Assembly: GCA_041619375.1 (NCBI GenBank)
Contig: JBFKEA010000002.1
Location: forward strand, 1,689 to 65,688
DNA from: Spongiibacter sp.
GTDB lineage: Bacteria > Pseudomonadota > Gammaproteobacteria > Pseudomonadales > Spongiibacteraceae
DNA: 64,000 nucleotides
Reading direction: 5' to 3'
Shown here: positions 50,478 to 59,241 of the stretch, piece after piece
Numbering within the stretch: position 1 is the stretch's first letter
Layout of the letters: every line of letters starts with the position of its first letter
Program-made: the position numbers and the translations under genes
Notes under the pieces: model-generated
Seen by the model: only the letters and a program-made list of their open reading frames with translations
Told to the model about the DNA's origin: nothing
Database searches by the model: none

Positions 50478-51665
50478 TTAGCCTTCGATCTGATAGTAAT
50501 CCATCAGAATCTGCGCCACTTCAGGACGGGAGAACTCAGGCGGTGGTGCAATGCCATTGCCCAGCATCTCGCGGACCTTGGTGCCCGACAACAGCACAAA
50601 GTCCTCTTTGGCGTGATCGGGGGCGTCGCGCATCATCACGACCTTGTTCAGCTTCTTCGAGTAGGCGGTGTGGTCAGCGCGGTAGATATCGATTTCCAGT
50701 GCGCCTTCGGGCACTTTCTCGTCGAAAATGGTCTGCGCGTCAAAACCGCCGTAGTAGTCGCCCACACCGGCGTGGTCGCGGCCGACGATCAGGTGAGTAC
50801 AGCCACAGTTCTGACGGAACACCGCGTGCAGCACCGCCTCGCGGGGGCCCGCATACAGCATGTCGAAGCCGTAACCGGTGATCATCACGGTGTTTTTCGG
50901 AAAGTACACTTCAACCATCTTGCGGATGGAGGCATCGCGCACATGGGCGGGAATATCGCCAGCCTTCAGCTTGCCCAGCAGCATGTGGATCAGAATACCG
51001 TCGGTACCCAGATCTTCCATCGCCATGCGGCACAGCTCTTCGTGGGCGCGGTGCATCGGGTTGCGCGTTTGAAAGGCAACCACTTTTTCCCAACCGCGCT
51101 CAGAAATCTCGTTGCGAATTTCAACTGCGGTGCGGAAGGTATCGGGGAAATCTGCCTGGAAGTAGCTGAAGTTCAATACCTGAATCGGGCCTGACAGCAG
51201 AGTGTTGCCCAGTGCCTTAAAGGTCTTCACGCCCGGGTGGTCCGCGTCCAGTGTGCCGAAGATATTCTCGGCCATAAAATCGATCTGCTCGTCGCTGACT
51301 GCTTCAACAGCCTCAACGTCCATGATCGCCAGCACGGGATTGCCTTCAACATTGGGGTCGCGCAGTGCAATACGGCTGCCCGCTTCAATGCCTTGGGCAT
51401 CCTGTACCAGGTTCACCACCGGCACCGGCCAGAACAGGCCTTCGGCAGTGTGCAGTTTCTCGGCCACGCTCAGGGAGTCGGCCAGATTCATATAGCCGCT
51501 CAGCGGGGTGAAGTAACCGGCGCCCAGCATCACTGCGTTAGCGGCAGCAGCAGAGCTGACCACAATAGACGGCAGGGTTTCCGCTTCGGCATTCAGGGCG
51601 TGGTGTTTTTCAGTGTCGTAGACAAACAGCGGCTTCAGTTCGTCGGCGCCATGGGGCTTAATCAT
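50478..51665 (-). CDS. sat: Sulfate adenylyltransferase (Sat-type ATP sulfurylase)
   Basis: AFQTRNPMHRAHE, YAGPREA, GRDHAGVG, SGTKVR and RPEV motifs. Confidence 0.96.
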   Translation of the reverse strand: MIKPHGADELKPLFVYDTEKHHALNAEAETLPSIVVSSAAAANAVMLGAGYFTPLSGYMNLADSLSVAEKLHTAEGLFWPVPVVNLVQDAQGIEAGSRIALRDPNVEGNPVLAIMDVEAVEAVSDEQIDFMAENIFGTLDADHPGVKTFKALGNTLLSGPIQVLNFSYFQADFPDTFRTAVEIRNEISERGWEKVVAFQTRNPMHRAHEELCRMAMEDLGTDGILIHMLLGKLKAGDIPAHVRDASIRKMVEVYFPKNTVMITGYGFDMLYAGPREAVLHAVFRQNCGCTHLIVGRDHAGVGDYYGGFDAQTIFDEKVPEGALEIDIYRADHTAYSKKLNKVVMMRDAPDHAKEDFVLLSGTKVREMLGNGIAPPPEFSRPEVAQILMDYYQIEG

Positions 51666-51719
51666 CGGGTAACTCCGTAATTCAGGGTGTAAAAATAGGG
51701 TTCAAAGCCAAGTCGCAGC

Positions 51720-52331
51720 TCAGATAATGCCGCGCTCTTTCAGCATCGCCAACAGCACGTCAACCTCTTCTTCCAGGCTCAGCTCGTGGCTGTTTAACAC
51801 CAGCTCCGGGCTCTCTGGGGCTTCATAGGGGTCGTCGATGCCGGTGAAGTTTTTGATCTCGCCAGCGCGGGCTTTTTTGTACAGGCCTTTGGGGTCGCGC
51901 TCTTCGGCCACTTCCAGCGGCACATTGACGTAAACCTCAATGAACTCCATATCGCTTTCGGCATGCAGTGCACGGACCGCATCGCGATCTTCGCGGTAGG
52001 GGCTCACAAAGCTGCTCAATACAATCACGCCGGTGTCGACAAACAGTTTGGAAACCTCGCCGATGCGGCGAATGTTCTCGGCGCGATCTTCGGCACTAAA
52101 GCCCAGGTTTTTGTTGATACCCATGCGGATATTGTCGCCGTCCAGACGGTAGCAGAGGTGGCCCTGCTGCATCAGTGCCTGCTCCAGCGCCACCGCCACA
52201 GTGCTTTTGCCGCTGCCCGACAGGCCCGTGAACCACAGCGTGGCGCCCTTCTGCTTGAGCAGGGCATTGCGGTCTTCGCGGCTGACTTCGCCGTCGTGCC
52301 AGTGAACATTGGTGGCTTTCACTTCAGTCAT
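51720..52331 (-). CDS. cysC: Adenylyl-sulfate (APS) kinase
   Basis: [26 protein letters not shown] and [11 protein letters not shown] motifs. Confidence 0.96.
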   Translation of the reverse strand: MTEVKATNVHWHDGEVSREDRNALLKQKGATLWFTGLSGSGKSTVAVALEQALMQQGHLCYRLDGDNIRMGINKNLGFSAEDRAENIRRIGEVSKLFVDTGVIVLSSFVSPYREDRDAVRALHAESDMEFIEVYVNVPLEVAEERDPKGLYKKARAGEIKNFTGIDDPYEAPESPELVLNSHELSLEEEVDVLLAMLKERGII

Positions 52332-52446
52332 GGGATTCTCCGGGGTAATTAGCGGTCATGCAGACAGCGGCCTGGGCCACTGGGGTAATTGGCGGCCATC
52401 ATACGGCGACACCAGCAACAAGTAAAACGGCTTATAGCTATACTCA

Positions 52447-52465
52447 CTATCGAAAAAATCGATAG
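52447..52465. promoter_or_regulatory. LysR recognition box (T-N11-A dyad)
   Basis: CTATCGA-AAAAA-TCGATAG perfect dyad in the cysC/LysR divergent intergenic region. Confidence 0.7.
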
Positions 52466-52497
52466 CAAATTCAGCCGCCAGCCACTAGGCTTTAGCA

Positions 52498-53379
52498 ATG
52501 AACTACAGTCTGCGACAACTCAGCATTTTCCTCGCGGTGGCCCGCCACGAAAACGTCTCCAAGGCCGCCGCCGAACTCAATCTGTCCCAGTCGGCGGCCA
52601 GCGCCGCCCTGCAAGCGCTGGAGCGCAACTACGGCGTATCGCTGTTTGAGCGCCAGGGCAACAAACTGCAGCTCAATCCGGTGGGCCACAGCCTGCGCAA
52701 AGAGGCCGAGACCCTATACGCCCACGCCCAGCAGTTCGACCAACTGCTGCAGCGCCACGGCGAGCTGGGCCACCTCAAGGTGGGCGCCAGCTTTACCATT
52801 GGCAACCATCTGGTGGTGCGCTATTTGGCCGACTACCTGAGCCACTACCCCGACGCCGATGTTGAACTGGACACCGCCAACACCCCCGAAATTGTCCACA
52901 AGGTGCTGAACTACGAAGTCGATGTCGGCATGATCGAGCGCGAGGTGCAGCACCGCGAGCTGGAATTGATTCCGTGGATGGAAGACGAGCTGGTGGTGTT
53001 TTGCAGCGCCGACCACCCGCTGGCCAGTCAGCAGACGCTGAGCACCCGCGATATTAAAACTGCGCGCTGGATTCTTCGCGAGCCCGACTCCGGTGCCCGC
53101 CACACCTTCGACCGGGCGCTGGCCGGGCTGCTGCCGGAAATCAATATCTACCGCGAGTTTCGCCACAACGAGGCGATTAAAAGCGCAGTGGAATCCGGCC
53201 TGGGCATTGGCTGCCTGTCGCAGGTGGTGCTGCAGAACGATTTTCGCAATGGCACATTGGTGCCGCTGAAGCTGGCACGGCGCGATATGCGCCGCCGCTT
53301 TTACTTTGCCCTGCCCCGCAAGCGCCACGACAAGGCGGCGGTGAACTACTGGATTGAACTCTGCCGCCGCCAGCAATAA
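52498..53379 (+). CDS. LysR-family regulator (CysL/YeiE-like)
   Basis: HTH SKAAAELNLSQSAAS...LFER; GASFTIGN, ILREPDSG and EAIKSAVESGLGI motifs. Confidence 0.92.
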   Translation: MNYSLRQLSIFLAVARHENVSKAAAELNLSQSAASAALQALERNYGVSLFERQGNKLQLNPVGHSLRKEAETLYAHAQQFDQLLQRHGELGHLKVGASFTIGNHLVVRYLADYLSHYPDADVELDTANTPEIVHKVLNYEVDVGMIEREVQHRELELIPWMEDELVVFCSADHPLASQQTLSTRDIKTARWILREPDSGARHTFDRALAGLLPEINIYREFRHNEAIKSAVESGLGIGCLSQVVLQNDFRNGTLVPLKLARRDMRRRFYFALPRKRHDKAAVNYWIELCRRQQ

Positions 53380-53404
53380 CACCGCTGCCGGCGGCTAGCG
53401 CAAC

Positions 53405-54580
53405 TTACAAATACTTGGCGCGGTAGTCGGCAAACATGTCCTTGAGCTGCTGTTCGCTAAAGCCAAACTGTTCCAGCGTGTACTCGTGGGCCGGGCGCGC
53501 ATCGCGCTGATTGTCCTCGCGATAGCGCTCCATGGCATCGCGCGCCTCGGCGGTAAACGGCATGCCGATAAAATTGTAAACCCGCTCCATGCTCTTCAGC
53601 GGATCGCTGATGGTGTCCTTGTACCACACATCCAGAAACGCCTCGGGCTGCTGCTCGCGAGTGGCCATGGTATGCAGGGTGCCGCGGGCATATTTGTTGG
53701 CCCACTGCTCGCCGACCACCTTGGGGTCGACCGCATCGCTGCACATAATCCACAGGTTGTAGTTCATACTTGCCGCCGAGGGGATGGTCTGCAGCGGATC
53801 GCGGTGGGTCTGCACCACTTTGGCATCGGGAAACACCTTCAGTAAGGTGGCAATATGGTGCAGGTGGTGGGGCGTTTTCAACAGCCAGCGCTCGGCCTGC
53901 TGGCCATTGCGTTTTTTCTGCCACTGCAAAAATTGCAAGAGTCGCTTCAAATAGACATAGCCCGGCGTGTTGTCATGGCTGTCAATCCAAGCACCATAGC
54001 TGGGTACATTGCAAAAGGCATCGGGAATCGTGCTGTAGAAACTGTGCTCCAGCAGCAGAATATCCTCGTCGGCGCCCACCGGATCCATGGGGTGAATCGC
54101 GGCGATCTCCGGGTTGGCCTCCAGCATCGCGGCGATCTCCGCCTCGGCGGAGGTGATGCGCGGGTCTTTGCCGCTAAAGTCCCAGTCCAGCTCAGGCGCG
54201 GGATTGCGCACCTCGTACCACAGCGGCGCGTAAAAGCGCCGATCACTGGCCAAGATCCGGTGGGTGTAAGTGGAGCCCGTGCGCTGCAAGCCGATAATCA
54301 CCACCGGCGCCAACACCTGCTCGTCGAGAATCTCCGGGTGGCGGGCAATCCAGGCTTCCACCCGCAGGCGAATAATCAGGCTGTTCAAAATACGCTGATA
54401 CTGACCAAAGCGGCCGCCAGCATTGAGCTGGGCCTCTTCGTTAAGCGCCTTGACCAATACCGCCATCGGCTCGCGAAAGGAGTCATCGCCAAAATCCGTC
54501 AGCCCGCCAGTGGCCTCAATCGCCGCCGCCAGTAAGCCCTCGACACTCAGCTCTACCTCGGGAATCGCCTGCTCTGTCAT
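53405..54580 (-). CDS. PAPS-dependent sulfotransferase family protein
   Basis: 5'-PSB loop IGLQRTGSTYTH, WLLKTPHH and 3'-PB HRDPLQTIPS motifs. Confidence 0.9.
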   Translation of the reverse strand: MTEQAIPEVELSVEGLLAAAIEATGGLTDFGDDSFREPMAVLVKALNEEAQLNAGGRFGQYQRILNSLIIRLRVEAWIARHPEILDEQVLAPVVIIGLQRTGSTYTHRILASDRRFYAPLWYEVRNPAPELDWDFSGKDPRITSAEAEIAAMLEANPEIAAIHPMDPVGADEDILLLEHSFYSTIPDAFCNVPSYGAWIDSHDNTPGYVYLKRLLQFLQWQKKRNGQQAERWLLKTPHHLHHIATLLKVFPDAKVVQTHRDPLQTIPSAASMNYNLWIMCSDAVDPKVVGEQWANKYARGTLHTMATREQQPEAFLDVWYKDTISDPLKSMERVYNFIGMPFTAEARDAMERYREDNQRDARPAHEYTLEQFGFSEQQLKDMFADYRAKYL

Positions 54581-54610
54581 GGTTAAATCCTTGTGTTATT
54601 TTTCCAGCTA

Positions 54611-55747
54611 TTAATTGCTCAGCTCACTGAACTTAACCACCCGGCAGCGCGGGTCGACAATGCGCTCGGCGCCAATCCAGCGAAACGCCATCGTACCTTC
54701 GCGGTGACCCGTGGTGTCCAGCCAGTTATCGCAACCGGGGTCGCGGGCCGCCACCACAATACGCACTCCGCCATCGTCCTTGTAATGCGCGGTGTGCTTG
54801 TTCACATGGATGTCCACGTAGCGGTATTCCAGCGACTCCATCCAGTAATTATTCAGCTGAAAATTCCAGTTGTCGCAGTCGGGAATTTCGTCGGCCTCAA
54901 TCACCAGGGCTTCATCGTCGGCCAGATTAAAATAACCGTGGTAGTAGTAAATATTGGGATCGCCGCCCAGCTTCTGGCAGTAGGCCTGATCGGCCGCCGG
55001 CAGGGTATTGGGCTGTTGCTTAAAGCCCTCGGCCCAGTCGGCAAACAAGGTGGCCGTGCCCTTGACAAAGGCCGCCGTGCTGCGCAGCTTGGCGGCAAAC
55101 TGCTCAGCATCCAACGGCTTGGGCTTGGCGCCCTCGCGATTCAGGCGCTCGATTTTCAGCTCGGCCGCCGCCTCGCTCTTGCGATCCAAAAATGTCTGGC
55201 GCACCAGCACCGCAAGGGTATCGTCGGTAATCGGCAGCCAGTTACCCGGCTGTGGCTGGCGCGACAGAATAATCTCGATATTGCCATCGCTGTCCACTTC
55301 CAAGCCGCCGTGAGTATCCAGCGCCCCCACCGAGCGCATATTGCCGTCCTCTTCCTCGTAGCCGCCGGCAATGGCGATAAAACCCAGATAGGCAACGCTG
55401 CCGCGACTGCCGCAAATGCGGTAATCGTGGGCACCATTGATTTCGGCGCGCTGATAATAGTTATCGGGGTTGTCGGCACCAATCTTGGCAGTTTCGTGGG
55501 AGGGACGGTAAAAATCCGGGAAGTCGGGGTCGCTGCACTCAACAAACATATCCAGCGCGATGCGCGTTAAGCGCGTTAAATAGCGCCAGCCTTCCGCGCG
55601 GTGCAGGGCGTCGCCGGGCGCCTCGGGACGCAATATCTGTTGACCGGCCTCTTTCAGCTGGTCGCAAAACTCCGCCCACAGCTCGCCGCTCATCACCGCG
55701 TCTATCGACTCATTCACTGTGCGCTCGGGGCCCGATTCATTCGCCAT
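54611..55747 (-). CDS. DUF1214-containing protein
   Basis: AEGWRYLTR, GADNPDN.Y, WNFQL.NYWMESL and DPG..NWLDT.GH..G...RW motifs of sulfotransferase-associated DUF1214 proteins. Confidence 0.8.
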   Translation of the reverse strand: MANESGPERTVNESIDAVMSGELWAEFCDQLKEAGQQILRPEAPGDALHRAEGWRYLTRLTRIALDMFVECSDPDFPDFYRPSHETAKIGADNPDNYYQRAEINGAHDYRICGSRGSVAYLGFIAIAGGYEEEDGNMRSVGALDTHGGLEVDSDGNIEIILSRQPQPGNWLPITDDTLAVLVRQTFLDRKSEAAAELKIERLNREGAKPKPLDAEQFAAKLRSTAAFVKGTATLFADWAEGFKQQPNTLPAADQAYCQKLGGDPNIYYYHGYFNLADDEALVIEADEIPDCDNWNFQLNNYWMESLEYRYVDIHVNKHTAHYKDDGGVRIVVAARDPGCDNWLDTTGHREGTMAFRWIGAERIVDPRCRVVKFSELSN

Positions 55748-55821
55748 CTTTATCTCCGCTTATTGTGCTGAGCATCATGGCGCGGCCGAGCGCGACCGAC
55801 ATCACCCAGAGGGGTGAAACA

Positions 55822-56505
55822 TCAGTCTTCGCGGATACGCCGATACCACTGCGCTGGCTGGTCGATCTCGCCATCCTCTTCACGCAGCGGCGGGTAGTCC
55901 AGTCCCTTGGCCCGGCAAAAATCGCGAACTTCGGGGTGGGCCCATTCAAACAAGGTGCGCTGATAACTTTGCCTGTCCAGCCGAGGCTGGTCATATAATC
56001 CGGCGCGATCGCGCTGATACTGCGCCTCCGACAATATGATGCCGGCCGCGACCGACACATTGTAGGACTGCACCATGCCCATCATCGGTATGGTAATATG
56101 GGCGTCGGCCAAGGCGCAGGCCTCGGCGCTAACCCCGCGCTTTTCCGCGCCCAATAATACCGCCGTTGGCCGCGTGTAATCGGGCTGACGGTAGTCCACC
56201 GAGTCCTCGCCTAAATGGGCCGCCAACACCTGATAACCGCGCTCCTGCATGCCCCCTATCAACTCTGCGATATCGCGGTGTCGCCGCACTGCCACCCAGC
56301 TGTGGCTGCCCATGGCCGTACCGCGAAAGGCGCGGTAGTCCTTGTCGTCAATAACGGCGTGCATCTCGGCAATACCGGCCGCATCGGCGGTGCGCACAAT
56401 GGCCGACAGATTGCGGCCCTTGTGCACATTATCGGTAATGAGTGTCAAATCGGGTTGGCGGCGATCTAGCACCGCTCGCAGGCGTTGGTAGCGCTCGGGA
56501 GTCAT
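55822..56505 (-). CDS. trmH: tRNA (guanosine-18-2'-O)-methyltransferase
   Basis: MTPERY, RRQPDLT, NLSAIVRT, GAEKRG and IPMMGMVQSYNVSVA (SPOUT) motifs. Confidence 0.93.
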   Translation of the reverse strand: MTPERYQRLRAVLDRRQPDLTLITDNVHKGRNLSAIVRTADAAGIAEMHAVIDDKDYRAFRGTAMGSHSWVAVRRHRDIAELIGGMQERGYQVLAAHLGEDSVDYRQPDYTRPTAVLLGAEKRGVSAEACALADAHITIPMMGMVQSYNVSVAAGIILSEAQYQRDRAGLYDQPRLDRQSYQRTLFEWAHPEVRDFCRAKGLDYPPLREEDGEIDQPAQWYRRIRED

Positions 56506-56530
56506 GGCAGTCGTAAAATCAAAAGCCCCA

Positions 56531-56956
56531 TTATACCTGCATCTCGATCACCGCCATGGTCAATCGCGAAATACACACATCACGCTGTTGCTGGTCGCGA
56601 ATGCGGATATCCCACACCTGGGTAGTGCGCCCTATATGAATCGGCTTGGCCACTGCCGTGACCCGACCGTCCCTGACCTTGCGCAAATGATTGGCATTGA
56701 TATCGAGGCCCACACAGGCCTTGCCCGGCTCAGCCGCCATCATTGCGGCCATGCTGCCCACCGTCTCGGCCAGTACGACCGACGCGCCGCCATGCAATAT
56801 GCCCATCGGTTGATGGCTACGCGAATCGACCGGCATACTGGCACTGAGATAGTCATCACCAATCTCTTCAATGCGAATATCCAGTACCTCGGCGATGGTA
56901 TTGACCATCATCTCGTTGGCTTTGTCGACGCTACTATGCTGTTTCCACAAGCTCAT
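56531..56956 (-). CDS. Hotdog-fold thioesterase (PaaI/MenI-like)
   Basis: QPMGILHGGASVVLAETVGS and GLDINANH motifs. Start placed at MSLWK. Confidence 0.9.
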   Translation of the reverse strand: MSLWKQHSSVDKANEMMVNTIAEVLDIRIEEIGDDYLSASMPVDSRSHQPMGILHGGASVVLAETVGSMAAMMAAEPGKACVGLDINANHLRKVRDGRVTAVAKPIHIGRTTQVWDIRIRDQQQRDVCISRLTMAVIEMQV

Positions 56957-57094
56957 ACTGACACTCCTTCTAGTCAATGCCCCCAGTTCTATAACATGCC
57001 CAGCCCAAAGTAGCTGGCCCTAGTGGCTTTTAAAGTGTTCCCTGTTAACATGAATGGGAAAATAAGGCCAAAACTATCACAAAGGAGGTCAGCC

Positions 57095-58243
57095 ATGAGC
57101 GGCATGCCACGATATATTTACGAAGAAGAACATGAAATGTTCCGCACCTCGGTGCGTCGATTCCTCGAAACCGAGGCCGCGCCCTACCACGCCCAATGGG
57201 AGAAAGATGGCCACGTTGACCGCCAGCTGTGGATCAAAGCCGGTGAACAAGGCTTTCTGTGCCCCACCGTCGGCGAGGCATACGGCGGCGTCGGCGCTGA
57301 CTTCCGCTACAACGCCATTGTCGATGAAGAAATCGGCCGCAGCGGACTGACCGGCATCGGCTGGGGGCTGCACTCCGATATCGCCGTGCCCTACATCATC
57401 AGCTACGGCAATGAAGCCCAGAAAGAAAAATACCTGCCTAAATGTGTCAGCGGCGAAATCATCACCGCCATCGCCATGACCGAGCCCGGTGCCGGCTCCG
57501 ATTTGCAGGGCATTAAAACCACGGCCGTTAAAGACGGCGACGACTATATTCTCAACGGCTCCAAGACCTTTATCACCAACGGCCAACTATCTGACCTGGT
57601 GATTGTGGTGGCCAAAACCGACCCCACTGCCGGCGCCAAGGGCGTCAGCTTGTTCCTCGTTGAATCCGGCACCCCCGGCTACAGCAAGGGCGCCAATCTG
57701 GAAAAAGTGGGCATGAAAGCCCAGGACACCTCCGAGCTGTTCTTCCAAGATGTGCGTATTTCCAAGGACCAACTGCTCGGCGAAGAGGGCATGGGCTTTG
57801 TCTACCTGATGCAGGACCTGCCCCAGGAGCGCCTCAGCGTCGCCATCAATGCGATCGCCAATGCCAAATCGGTGCTGGAGCAAACCATCGACTACGTTAA
57901 GGAGCGCAAGGCCTTTGGCAAAACGGTTGCCACTTTCCAGAACACCCAGTTCAAGCTGGCGGAAATGGATACCGAACTCACCGTCGCCGAGGCCTATATG
58001 GATCGCTGCCTGGAGCTGCACATCAACAAGCAGTTCGACTCCGTCGCCGCCGCCAAGTGCAAGTTGATGGCCACCGACCTGCAGTGCAAGGTCATCGACG
58101 AGTGCCTGCAGCTGCACGGCGGCTACGGCTTTATGTGGGAATACCCAGTGGCTCGCGCCTTTGCCGACTCCCGCGTGCAGCGCATCTACGCCGGCACTAA
58201 CGAGATCATGAAACTGATCATTGGTCGCGAACTGATTCGCTAA
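57095..58243 (+). CDS. Long-chain-type acyl-CoA dehydrogenase
   Basis: AAGGAGG SD; AMTEPGAGSDLQ, NGSKTFITNG, LPQERL, QLHGGYG and RIYAGTNEIMK motifs. Confidence 0.94.
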   Translation: MSGMPRYIYEEEHEMFRTSVRRFLETEAAPYHAQWEKDGHVDRQLWIKAGEQGFLCPTVGEAYGGVGADFRYNAIVDEEIGRSGLTGIGWGLHSDIAVPYIISYGNEAQKEKYLPKCVSGEIITAIAMTEPGAGSDLQGIKTTAVKDGDDYILNGSKTFITNGQLSDLVIVVAKTDPTAGAKGVSLFLVESGTPGYSKGANLEKVGMKAQDTSELFFQDVRISKDQLLGEEGMGFVYLMQDLPQERLSVAINAIANAKSVLEQTIDYVKERKAFGKTVATFQNTQFKLAEMDTELTVAEAYMDRCLELHINKQFDSVAAAKCKLMATDLQCKVIDECLQLHGGYGFMWEYPVARAFADSRVQRIYAGTNEIMKLIIGRELIR

Positions 58244-58274
58244 ACGCCGTTTGCCAACGCCACTGCAGCAGTGC

Positions 58275-58300
58275 AAGGGTCGCCTCGGCGGCCCTTTTTT
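58275..58300 (+). terminator. Intrinsic terminator after the acyl-CoA dehydrogenase
   Basis: AAGGGTCGCC-TC-GGCGGCCCTT followed by TTTT. Confidence 0.75.
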
Positions 58301-58347
58301 GTGCCCGCCAATTTGCCCCCGCCGTCAACATCACACACACTCAAGGT

Positions 58348-59193
58348 ATGATCACCCCAGTTACGCAGCTGCCCTATGCCCTGCTCGCCGCCTTTACCGG
58401 GCCAGGCTGCGCGGGCAACCAGGCCCTGGTGGCTCTCCACCACCAACCACTCAGCAGTGCCGCCATGCAGTCCACAGCCAAGCGACTACTGGATCGCCAC
58501 CCGGCCACTGCCTGTGCCTTTGTGTCACCCATGCCGCTGGCCAGTGCACCGGATCACTACCAACTGCGCAGTTTTCACGCCGGCGGCGAAATCCAGCTAT
58601 GCGGCCACGCACTGATTTGCGCCGCCCATTGGCTGTGGCAACACGCGCCTGCCGACGGCGAGTCACTGCGTTTTAATTTACCGGCCTGCCAATACCAGGT
58701 CAGTGCCCAGCGCGACGGCGACGAACTTTACATTGACCTGCCGGCCACCACATGCCGCAGCGGCGCGCCGCCCACCGGCCTCGCCGACCTGCTCGGCAGC
58801 GACATTGTCGCCGTCGGCTACAGTCAGCAGCTGCCCGGTATCCTGTTGGTGGAAATTGCCGAGGAGGCCGCACTGCGCCGCTTCAACCCCGGCGCCGAGG
58901 CGATCCTGGCCATCACCCGCGACTGCCTGCTACTAACCAGCGCCAGCCAACGGCCCGCTATCGACATCGTCAGCCGCTATTTCACCCCGGCCTTCGGCGC
59001 GTTGGAAGACCCGGCAACCGGGTCCGCCCACACACTGCTGGCTCCCTGGTGGCAGCGACGCCTTGGCGAGCGCCCGCTGCACTGCCTGCAAGCCTCGGCG
59101 GCGGGAGGCCGACTGCGCATCCAGCAACAGCAAAATCGCGTACGCATCTGGGCAAAGTGCACTACAATTTTAGTAAGCGCCATTCCCAGCTGA
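58348..59193 (+). CDS. PhzF/DAP-epimerase-like protein (divergent)
   Basis: EIQLCGHA, SRYFTP and EDPATGSAH motifs; N-terminal motifs degenerate. Confidence 0.82.
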   Translation: MITPVTQLPYALLAAFTGPGCAGNQALVALHHQPLSSAAMQSTAKRLLDRHPATACAFVSPMPLASAPDHYQLRSFHAGGEIQLCGHALICAAHWLWQHAPADGESLRFNLPACQYQVSAQRDGDELYIDLPATTCRSGAPPTGLADLLGSDIVAVGYSQQLPGILLVEIAEEAALRRFNPGAEAILAITRDCLLLTSASQRPAIDIVSRYFTPAFGALEDPATGSAHTLLAPWWQRRLGERPLHCLQASAAGGRLRIQQQQNRVRIWAKCTTILVSAIPS

Positions 59194-59241
59194 CCGCGCC
59201 GCAAAGCGAGCCTCAACACGCCACTACGGCAGGAGGAGACC

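Noticed and set aside
54593-55570. 325-aa plus-strand ORF
   Set aside because: Antisense shadow of the DUF1214 gene.
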